NCBI GenBank assembly: GCA_963624325.1
Contig: CAVFPH010000018.1
Location: 1 to 16,241 of the forward strand
DNA from: a bacterium
Lineage (GTDB): Bacteria > Bacillota > Clostridia > Christensenellales > Aristaeellaceae
Direction of reading: 5' to 3'
Length of the DNA stretch: 16,241 nt
Part shown: positions 9,839 to 16,241 of the stretch, one piece after another
Layout of the letters: every line of letters begins with the position of its first letter
How positions within the stretch are numbered: the first letter of the stretch is position 1
Notes under the pieces: model-generated
The model's database searches: none
The model's input: only the letters and a program-made list of their open reading frames with translations
Told to the model about the DNA's origin: nothing
Made by a program: the position numbers and the translations under genes

Positions 9839-9867
9839 ATCATAGAACAAGTGTGCGCATTTGTCAA
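9839..9867 (-). promoter_or_regulatory. ruvC promoter (TTGACA-17-TATGAT) overlapping the stop codon of the upstream SNF2 gene
   Basis: The minus strand has TTGACA (9862-9867), a 17-nt spacer and TATGAT (9839-9844). The TGA stop of the SNF2 gene (9864-9866) is inside the -35 hexamer. Confidence 0.55.
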
Positions 9868-12053
9868 ACCTTACGCATCAACAGTTTTTCAACATATCGC
9901 CGTGTATAATCGGCTTCGGACTGCATCAGATCCGGCGCAGGCGGATTCTCGCCCATCAGCCCGAGAAACTGGCTGACTTTAAGGCCGAGCGCTTCCTGAA
10001 TGTCTGCGTCGCTGCCCTGCGGACTGACCAGATAATAGCATAAAAGCGAATCACGCTGCCCGATGCGGTGCGCCCGGTCCTCTGCCTGCGAATGAACTGC
10101 AGGCGACCAATCCAATTCTCCGAAGACAACGCAGCTTGCTCGCTGGAGGTTCAGACCGGACGCCGCCCGCAGGGATACACAGCACAAATTTGTTTCCCCC
10201 TGCATGAAACGCTCGGCGGCCGTTTCTTTCTGCACCGCAGATTCCCGTCCGGTGATAAAAACAGGTGAATGCGCCATCAGCTCCTGACGGTAAATATCCA
10301 TTACGGCATGATGGTGAGCAAAGAGCAGAACCCGTTCGCCATTTTCAAGCAGCGCCCGCACAAACTGACATACAAAGGGAGCTTTGGCAATGCCGGTTGC
10401 CTGACGCTCCTCCAGCGAAATCTGATCGATCAGCAGCGCGCGGGCGGAAGAAGACAGGCTGCCATCCTCCCGCAGAAGCTTCAATTTTTCCAGTACAGGC
10501 TGCATCAAGCGCCGATAGACGAGGTCATCAAAATCGATTTCCTGCACCAGACGGCGTTTTTCGGGCAGCTCGGGCAGCACGGCGGCCTTTGTTCGCCTGA
10601 GCATCAGCCCTTCACTGCGCAGATATTCGCCTAACAGTTCGGGCTTGATAACGACATTGTTGCCGTAGCCGTAGCACCATTCGCGCGTGAAAGATTCCCA
10701 ATCGCCCAGAAAATGATAATCCAGAATATTGACGACATTCCAGATTTCACCGCCCTGATTGTAGATCGGCGTGCCGGAAAGGCCGATAACACGCTCACAG
10801 CGTTCGGAAAGGAGGCTGGCGGCACTGTATTTTTCACTGCCGGCGCGGCGCAATTCCTGCGCCTCATCAAAGACGACTGCGCGAAAACACAGATTGGGCA
10901 GCACATCTTTCCAGCCGCGCAGCAGCAGGTAATGGATGATGTAGATATCGGCTTCGGGCAGCGCATAAGGGGTAAGGCCGCGCAGCACATGTACCTGCGG
11001 CGTTTGGCCGTTAATGCGGATAAAACGAGCAATCTCGGCCTGCCAGTTGCGAACCAGATGCGGCGGCACGACCAGAATCGCGGGAAAGGACTGTGTATTG
11101 CACAGGCAGCACAACGCCTGAAGCGTTTTGCCAAGGCCCATTTCATCGGCCAGCAGCGCACGGGGCGTGGCGCAAAGCCATGCAAGGCCGGTTTTCTGAA
11201 AGGGCATAAGCGTCCCTAAAAAACTGCCTTCCCGCGGTTCTGCCTGCTGCGGGGCATTTAGCATCTGCCTGCGCATGGCAGCGTAATTACGCGCATCACC
11301 GATGGCCTTTTCCCAGCGTTCCCGATCCCGGACGGCGATCTGCAGCGGATAGCGGAGCATCAGCCAGTTCAAATCGCCTACGATTCGGCGATGGTCGGCA
11401 AAATGTACTTCGCCGCGCTTTCCGCCGTCCGTGCCGGGGAAAAGCCTTTTGCACAGCTCAATTACGCAGGGTTCTCCGCGTACCGTCCAGCTTTTTCTGC
11501 GGCTGTTGTAGGACAGCGTGCCGTAATAATGCTCGGTTTCGTCCGCATCCCGCAGATAAGGCGGAATATCTGCGCTCTGATAAGCATGCGGCTGACTTTG
11601 CGGCAGCGACAGGGCATCCTTGGCCATTCTAAGCGCCATATCCGCCTTGAGCAATGTTTCATCCTGGGGTGCTGCTGCACTTGTGACAGCATCACTAAGC
11701 CCCCAAAGGCGAAACAGGCAAATCTGCCTGAGTGGAATCCCTTTAATTTCATCCGGCAGCGTGACGCTTTGCTCGCTGACCAGCACGATCGCATCCAGCA
11801 TGCCACTGTCCGCATAGCGTTCCAGCTGCCGGATCAGGACGGAGGCGACAGGCCGACCGCGCTTGATTTCAATGCCGATTCTTCCGCATAAAATGTCGAT
11901 ACGGCAGCGGGGGGAAAGCGGGGCTTCGTGCTTGCATCCGATGCCGGCTTGCGCAAGCGCTTGGCAGGCAAGACGATGCAGATCGTACTCATCTGTTGCG
12001 ATGGGCGCACGGATGCTTTTTAACGCCGTCAATACGCGTTCCAGCATAACCAT
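9864..12053 (-). CDS. PD-(D/E)xK nuclease-like domain fused to an SNF2/Rad54-family ATPase (DEAD-like helicase superfamily 2)
   Basis: A full SNF2 motif set is present: I LADEMGLGKT, Ia ILVVPPHLVRNW, II VVFDEAQEL, III IGLSGTPIYN, V SLRAASGLNLQ and VI DWSPAVHSQAEDRAHRIGQ. The N-terminal ~115 aa carry an E..(n)..RIDIL-x6-IEIK pattern (D 11895-11897, E 11868-11870, K 11862-11864). I re-set the start to ATG 12051-12053 (MVMLERVL), with GGAAGGA 10 nt upstream and a promoter at 12086-12114. The track extension to 12299 overlaps the divergent gene and promoter. Length is 729 aa. Confidence 0.85.
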   Translation of the reverse strand: MVMLERVLTALKSIRAPIATDEYDLHRLACQALAQAGIGCKHEAPLSPRCRIDILCGRIGIEIKRGRPVASVLIRQLERYADSGMLDAIVLVSEQSVTLPDEIKGIPLRQICLFRLWGLSDAVTSAAAPQDETLLKADMALRMAKDALSLPQSQPHAYQSADIPPYLRDADETEHYYGTLSYNSRRKSWTVRGEPCVIELCKRLFPGTDGGKRGEVHFADHRRIVGDLNWLMLRYPLQIAVRDRERWEKAIGDARNYAAMRRQMLNAPQQAEPREGSFLGTLMPFQKTGLAWLCATPRALLADEMGLGKTLQALCCLCNTQSFPAILVVPPHLVRNWQAEIARFIRINGQTPQVHVLRGLTPYALPEADIYIIHYLLLRGWKDVLPNLCFRAVVFDEAQELRRAGSEKYSAASLLSERCERVIGLSGTPIYNQGGEIWNVVNILDYHFLGDWESFTREWCYGYGNNVVIKPELLGEYLRSEGLMLRRTKAAVLPELPEKRRLVQEIDFDDLVYRRLMQPVLEKLKLLREDGSLSSSARALLIDQISLEERQATGIAKAPFVCQFVRALLENGERVLLFAHHHAVMDIYRQELMAHSPVFITGRESAVQKETAAERFMQGETNLCCVSLRAASGLNLQRASCVVFGELDWSPAVHSQAEDRAHRIGQRDSLLCYYLVSPQGSDADIQEALGLKVSQFLGLMGENPPAPDLMQSEADYTRRYVEKLLMRKV

Positions 12054-12085
12054 ATGCTCACCGTCCTTCCGCTGTTTTCGTGTAC

Positions 12086-12114
12086 AGTATACGCCTAAAC
12101 AAAAAGTTTTACAA
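12086..12114 (-). promoter_or_regulatory. promoter of the nuclease-SNF2 gene (TTGTAA-17-TATACT)
   Basis: The minus strand has TTGTAA (12109-12114), a 17-nt spacer and TATACT (12086-12091). This predicts a ~25-nt leader. Confidence 0.45.
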
Positions 12115-12136
12115 TTGTTTTTATCCCTGTATTGCT

Positions 12137-12164
12137 TGCAATTGACGGACGCAGTTGTTATCAT
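12137..12164 (+). promoter_or_regulatory. candidate promoter of the L,D-transpeptidase gene (TTGCAA-16-TATCAT)
   Basis: TTGCAA at 12137-12142, a 16-nt spacer, TATCAT at 12159-12164. AGGAG (12186-12190) lies 6 nt before ATG 12197. Confidence 0.3.
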
Positions 12165-12196
12165 ATTAGTGTTATATCTTGCTTTAGGAGTATGCC

Positions 12197-13939
12197 ATGC
12201 GGCTGAAGCTTTGCGCGCTGACTGCGCTTGTGATTTCTCTGCTTGCCCTTTCAACGGCTTTTGCCCAGGAAACAGGCTTTGTTTATGTACCGCAAACATT
12301 ATCCCCCGGGAAGGCGGAGCGAATCTGCATCAATCTGGAAAGTGACTGCACGCTGACGCTTGATTTGCTGGATGCTCAAAACAACATCGTGCGTACATTG
12401 CGCAGTGATATGCAGGCAAACGCCGGGACGCTTAACCTGACCTACAACGGCCTTGACGCGGCGGGCAATGCACTTTCAAGCGGCGAGTACACCCTGCGCC
12501 TGTGCGTCAAGGACCAAATCATCCTCTATCCTTTAACCATCGGAGAAACCGCCCCGCAGATTTTGACGCTTTCCGCGTCATCAGATGAGCTGATTTTTAC
12601 CGATACATCTTTGGAACTGTTCGCAAATGTTACCACCGACGGCACCCTGACCCTTGCATTGACGGGCAACGACAACAACGGCTTATATACGCTGGATGAC
12701 GTATATGTAAATTCCGGTGAAAACACCGTTTCCGTTTCGCTGCCGCAGAATCTTGCCGCCGGGGAATACACGCTTTCGGCTATGCTTACGGATGATGGCG
12801 GCACATCCGGAAATGCACGCACCATTACACTGTATTTTGCCGCTCCCGCTACGCCTACGCCACAGCCTACTGCTACGCCGGCTCCAATCTATCGTGCATC
12901 CGAATCCGCTTCCGAAACCATCCCGGGGGACTTCTGGTCCATGGAAATCGGGAATTATGATTGGGAAGCCATCTGGAAAGTGATGATTGCTCCAATGACG
13001 GTTATTTCCGGCACGGGCAAGGAGGCTGAAAAGCAGGTTTACCGTCTTCGTGCGACGCCGGACAAGTCCACTGACCGCAGCAATATCGTGGGTGAAATCA
13101 CCTGCGAAACCCAGGGCGTGCATGTGCTGGAAACACGCGATGACGGGTGGACGCTGGTGGAAGCTTATAACTCCAGCTACGGCCCCAAGAATACAAGCCG
13201 CCGCGGCTATGGTACGACCGATGATCTGATTCAGGGCTACGTTGAAACAAAAAAACTGAAAACATTCACGCCCAAAACCGAATACGGCCTGCTGATTGAT
13301 AAAATGACACAAGAACTGTATATCCTGACAGAAGACGGGCTGCTTAGCACGCTGCTGGTATCAACGGGCTACGCAACCGGCGATAAGCCGTGGAATGAAA
13401 CGCCGGCAGGAGAATTTTACTTAAGCAGCAAAGTGGGGGATTTTCCCTCCGGCAATATGACATGCGGCTATGGGATACGCTTTAACTGCGGCGATATCCT
13501 GCATGAAGTGCCCTATATCATGAATGAAAAATACAATATCAAGGACTATTCCTACACAGAAAAATACCTTGGCGAAAAGGCAAGCCACGGATGTGTGCGT
13601 GTGCAGCGAAAGCAGAACGATGACGGAATCAACATGAAATGGATCTGGGACAATGTGCCCATCGGCACAAAGCTGCTGATCTGGGATGAGGATCTTCGCC
13701 CCATTCCTTACCCCGCCGAGGATGATGATATTTTCTATTACAACCCGATCGGCGGGAAGAACTACCATGCGGATCAGAACTGCTCCCATATCCGTGACAA
13801 GTACCTGCCGCTTCAGGGACAGTGTACTTATGCCGAACTGGACAGCGATACCTATTCTTATCTGACCCCCTGCTCATATTGCGATGCTCCGGAGAAAAAG
13901 AGTACGATTGATGCCCAGAATGCCGAAAAGCAGAAATAG
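12197..13939 (+). CDS. secreted multidomain L,D-transpeptidase (YkuD family) with FlgD-Ig-like repeats and an SH3b-like domain
   Basis: A signal peptide is present (MRLKLCALTALVISLLALSTAFA/QE). Two Ig-like modules each carry a G(E)YTL signature (NLTYNGLDAAGNALSSGEYTLRL; NLAAGEYTLSAML), followed by the Pro/Thr linker APATPTPQPTATPAP. An SH3b-like stretch follows (VYRLRATPDKS...DDGWTLVEAY). The YkuD catalytic domain has HEVP...ASHGCVRV (Cys codon 13592-13594). The C-terminus has an H-x4-C-x29-C-x2-C motif. Confidence 0.85.
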   Translation: MRLKLCALTALVISLLALSTAFAQETGFVYVPQTLSPGKAERICINLESDCTLTLDLLDAQNNIVRTLRSDMQANAGTLNLTYNGLDAAGNALSSGEYTLRLCVKDQIILYPLTIGETAPQILTLSASSDELIFTDTSLELFANVTTDGTLTLALTGNDNNGLYTLDDVYVNSGENTVSVSLPQNLAAGEYTLSAMLTDDGGTSGNARTITLYFAAPATPTPQPTATPAPIYRASESASETIPGDFWSMEIGNYDWEAIWKVMIAPMTVISGTGKEAEKQVYRLRATPDKSTDRSNIVGEITCETQGVHVLETRDDGWTLVEAYNSSYGPKNTSRRGYGTTDDLIQGYVETKKLKTFTPKTEYGLLIDKMTQELYILTEDGLLSTLLVSTGYATGDKPWNETPAGEFYLSSKVGDFPSGNMTCGYGIRFNCGDILHEVPYIMNEKYNIKDYSYTEKYLGEKASHGCVRVQRKQNDDGINMKWIWDNVPIGTKLLIWDEDLRPIPYPAEDDDIFYYNPIGGKNYHADQNCSHIRDKYLPLQGQCTYAELDSDTYSYLTPCSYCDAPEKKSTIDAQNAEKQK

Positions 13940-14027
13940 CAAACCGGAATTTACCAGCATGCCAAGCAGCACAGAATCGATTCCGCAGAACATCAATGCG
14001 GCAATATGAAAACAGATTGACTGCCCC

Positions 14028-14056
14028 TTTTATTCGCCGCGGATTTATGCTATAAT
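14028..14056 (+). promoter_or_regulatory. candidate extended -10 promoter of the PucR-type regulator gene
   Basis: TGcTATAAT at 14048-14056, with only a weak -35 (TTTTAT 14028-14033). AAAGGAG lies 9 nt before ATG 14102. Confidence 0.35.
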
Positions 14057-14101
14057 GAATCCAAGATATAATCGTTTCCCGCACGAAAGGAGCCACCGCG
14101 C

Positions 14102-15154
14102 ATGGATCAACAGCTTTTGGCCAGGATTGGCAAAATTTTCGAAAAGCTTCAGTGCCGCCTTTCCCTTTTGGATCAGGGCGGTGCCTGCTTGGTTCCGCTT
14201 GACGATACCCTGCGCCCTGTTCCGGATATTCCGGATGAGGATGCCATTGTTTCCATGTTCGGGGCGCGCTATCTGCGTGTTGCAGGCGCGGATTGCTTTA
14301 TTTCGGCGCCGGAAGGCACCCCCGATGATGTACTCCTGATGGCCAAAAACCTGGTTGAAACCATGCTGCAGCTGTCTGCATCCACCGGCGGGATCAGCGG
14401 CGCCTATCAGCGCATTCTGCAAAACGATCTTTCGGTGGCGGAACTGGACGCGGCGATCAGCGAATATCGCATCCCGTCGCAAATGAACCGCTGCGTGTTG
14501 CTTTTGCATATGGTTCAGGTACAGGGAAGCTCTGCACGGGATATTCTGTCCGAGATTATTCCCATGTCCGCCAATGATATCCTTGTTGCCATGGACAGCC
14601 ACACCGCCGCGCTGATCAAATGTACGCTCGGCATGGACGAAGTGGAGGATCTGAAGCAGTTTGCTGCGGCAATGCAGGAGACGGTTCAGGAAGAGACCGG
14701 CCTGCCGCTGACAATCGGCATCGGAGACATTGCCCCTACAGCAGGCGAACTGCACCAAAGCTATCGGCAGGCGCGCCGTGCCATTGAAATCGGCCGCATT
14801 TATCGGGAAGGGGAGACTATTCACGTGTACAGCGCTCTCCTGCTGGAACGTTTTTTGTCCGACATTCCGCCGGAAACCGCTGCCCATTATCACAGCCTGC
14901 TTTTTAACCGCCGTACATCGCGCCTGTTCAGCGATGAAATTCTCTATACCATCGAAATGTTCTTCCGCAAGGACTTGAACCTTTCCGATACGGCGCGTCA
15001 GCTGTATATTCACAGAAACACGCTGGTGTATCGGCTGGACAAGGTGCAGCGGCAGATTGGCCTGAACCTGCGCAATTTCGACGATGCGGTTACTTTTAAA
15101 ATGCTGATGGAAATGAAAAAGTGCGCGGCCAACAAGACAAAGAAAACCCAGTGA
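14102..15154 (+). CDS. PucR/CdaR-family transcriptional regulator
   Basis: It has the C-terminal PucR-type HTH (LNLSDTARQLYIHRNTLVYRLDKVQRQIGLNLRNFDD). This is preceded by a GGDEF-like middle domain typical of CdaR/PucR proteins (LPLTIGIGDIA...ELHQSYRQARRAIEIG). Confidence 0.85.
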   Translation: MDQQLLARIGKIFEKLQCRLSLLDQGGACLVPLDDTLRPVPDIPDEDAIVSMFGARYLRVAGADCFISAPEGTPDDVLLMAKNLVETMLQLSASTGGISGAYQRILQNDLSVAELDAAISEYRIPSQMNRCVLLLHMVQVQGSSARDILSEIIPMSANDILVAMDSHTAALIKCTLGMDEVEDLKQFAAAMQETVQEETGLPLTIGIGDIAPTAGELHQSYRQARRAIEIGRIYREGETIHVYSALLLERFLSDIPPETAAHYHSLLFNRRTSRLFSDEILYTIEMFFRKDLNLSDTARQLYIHRNTLVYRLDKVQRQIGLNLRNFDDAVTFKMLMEMKKCAANKTKKTQ

Positions 15155-15175
15155 ATGAATTCGGAGGTTTACACC

Positions 15176-16241
15176 ATGAAAAAACGTATTCTGATTTTTG
15201 CTGTTGTCCTGACCTTGCTGTGCGGAACGTTTGTCGCATATCATGCCCTGGGTGACAGCCGGCGCATCGGCACCGTCACCATCACCGCCGAGGAATACGA
15301 GCGTTTGTCCCAGTATGCAAAGCTGGATGAGGTGATGCAGTACATCCAGGCTTATTATTACAAGGAGCCGGACACTGATGCCATGCTGGATATGGCCGTG
15401 CAAGGCCTGCTGGCCGGTCTCGGAGACAGCTACAGCTTCTACTATGACGCAGAAGCATGGTCTGATCTGTGGAGCGACGAGGAGGGCGAATACACCGGCA
15501 TCGGCATTCAGCTGCTGGGCGATTATCGTGACTATTCCGTTACCATCACGCGCGTATTCCGCGATACACCCGCTGAAGAAGCCGGCCTCCGCAAGGGCGA
15601 TGTGCTGGTCCGCGTAGCGGATATCGAGGTAAACACCGAAACCATGCAGTCCGCCGTCAACCTGATGCGCGGCCTGGTTGGGGAAACGGTAGAGGTTGAG
15701 GTATACCGTGACGGCGAGTATCTTACCTTCAACATTCTTCGTGCACCCATTCACATGAGCTACATTGATTATGCCATGCTGGACAACAATGTGGGCTATG
15801 TGATTATCTATCAGTTCTCAACCGATTCCCTGGTGGAGGATTTCAATGCCGCGGTGGATGCGCTGGAGGCGCAGGGCGCAACCAGCCTGATCTTGGATTT
15901 GCGCGACAATCCCGGCGGCTGGGTGGATGATGCCGTCAGCGTGGCAGATCGTTTCCTGGACAAGCAGCTGGTGGTATACTCAAAGACCCGCGCGGATGAT
16001 TATACCGATGCCCGCTATACCGGCAGCGGAGCCGATGAAATCCCGCTGGTAGTTCTGGTAAACGAAAATTCCGCTTCTTCCAGTGAAATCCTCTCCGGCT
16101 GTCTGCAGGACCATAAGCGTGCGACCATCGTCGGCACGACCACCTTCGGAAAGGGCATCATGCAGCAGGTTGTTCAGCTTTCGGACGGCGAGACGGGCTT
16201 CCAGTTTACCTACTGCGAATATTATACGCCCAATGGAAATG
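15176..16241 (+). CDS. S41-family C-terminal processing peptidase (Ctp/Prc-like), 3'-partial
   Basis: My own translation from ATG 15176 (GGAGG at 15163-15167) stays open to the window end, 355 codons. It has an N-terminal membrane anchor (MKKRILIFAVVLTLLCGTFVAY), a PDZ region (GLRKGDVLVRVADIEV), LDLRDNPGG, the catalytic Ser region NENSASSSEIL and the catalytic Lys region TTFGKG. It starts 21 nt after the PucR-type gene. Confidence 0.9.
   Translation, partial: MKKRILIFAVVLTLLCGTFVAYHALGDSRRIGTVTITAEEYERLSQYAKLDEVMQYIQAYYYKEPDTDAMLDMAVQGLLAGLGDSYSFYYDAEAWSDLWSDEEGEYTGIGIQLLGDYRDYSVTITRVFRDTPAEEAGLRKGDVLVRVADIEVNTETMQSAVNLMRGLVGETVEVEVYRDGEYLTFNILRAPIHMSYIDYAMLDNNVGYVIIYQFSTDSLVEDFNAAVDALEAQGATSLILDLRDNPGGWVDDAVSVADRFLDKQLVVYSKTRADDYTDARYTGSGADEIPLVVLVNENSASSSEILSGCLQDHKRATIVGTTTFGKGIMQQVVQLSDGETGFQFTYCEYYTPNGN

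Noticed and set aside
9809-9850. A 14-codon N-terminal extension of ruvC (MFYDKDVSCVRRHG).
   Set aside because: It covers the TATGAT -10 box and the AGGAGG SD that serve ATG 9808. RuvC family proteins begin at M-[RK]-I-L-G-I-D-P-G.
10631-11185. A 184-aa same-strand alternative-frame ORF nested inside the SNF2 gene, a possible overprinted gene.
   Set aside because: It is Arg/Cys/Ala/Pro-rich, consistent with a +1/+2 read of GC-rich coding sequence. It has no SD before its ATG. The SNF2 frame carries conserved motifs throughout this interval.
12054-12299. An 82-codon N-terminal extension of the SNF2 ORF in the track (MFAVHKQSLF...).
   Set aside because: It overlaps the signal-peptide region of the divergent L,D-transpeptidase gene and contains both predicted promoters. 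Its sequence is basic, low-complexity and Cys-rich. A good SD and promoter support the start at 12053.
14055-14339. A 94-aa plus-strand ORF overlapping the start of the PucR-type gene.
   Set aside because: It is out of frame with the regulator, and its ATG sits inside the TATAAT -10 box. It has no SD, and its Arg/Phe/Pro-rich composition is atypical.
14045-15754. A 569-aa ORF on the minus strand spanning both the PucR-type gene and the S41 peptidase gene; it is one of the longest ORFs in the track.
   Set aside because: It is the codon-in-phase mirror frame of two well-supported plus-strand genes. Both start at positions congruent to 2 mod 3 and are separated by a 21-nt, stop-free spacer. Antisense stops would require sense TTA/CTA/TCA codons, which are rare here. 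The translation is Q/H/R/A/G-rich, has no recognisable motifs and no SD.

Overview
This 16.2-kb segment reads like core chromosome of a moderately GC-rich Gram-positive anaerobe. The Clostridia-like assignment is inference only, from strong GGAGG-type Shine-Dalgarno sites, RuvC alongside ruvA-ruvB-queA, and sigma-A-like promoters. Gene order: guaB (-); a BadF/BadG-type sugar-kinase-like ATPase (+); then a roughly 9-kb same-strand (-) array of nuclease-SNF2 fusion > ruvC > ruvA > ruvB > queA > psuK > psuG > Crp/Fnr-family regulator > Rpe-family epimerase. After that come, on (+), a secreted multidomain L,D-transpeptidase, a PucR/CdaR-type regulator and a 3'-truncated S41 C-terminal processing peptidase. 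The peptidase is absent from the ORF track because it runs off the window. I saw no rRNA, tRNA, CRISPR array, transposase, integrase or long repeat. Several ORF-track starts are over-extended (guaB, rpe, crp, psuG, queA, ruvC, SNF2); I re-set them using SD spacing, promoter positions and N-terminal family conservation. All very long opposite-strand ORFs are codon-in-phase mirror frames of real genes and are rejected. The best candidate for something undescribed is the 729-aa protein at 9864-12053. It has an N-terminal PD-(D/E)xK-like nuclease motif, an unassigned central module and a complete SNF2 ATPase core, and it sits directly upstream of ruvCAB. It could be a fork- or junction-processing factor or a single-gene defence protein, and I cannot tell which from sequence alone. 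Secondary oddities: psuK-psuG are translationally coupled to queA; a Crp/Fnr-epimerase bicistron has near-leaderless promoter geometry; the L,D-transpeptidase is a domain mosaic with a C-terminal H-C-C-C motif; and a strong-looking orphan promoter faces about 500 bp of coding-poor sequence at the left edge. Overall the window is mostly ordinary housekeeping DNA.
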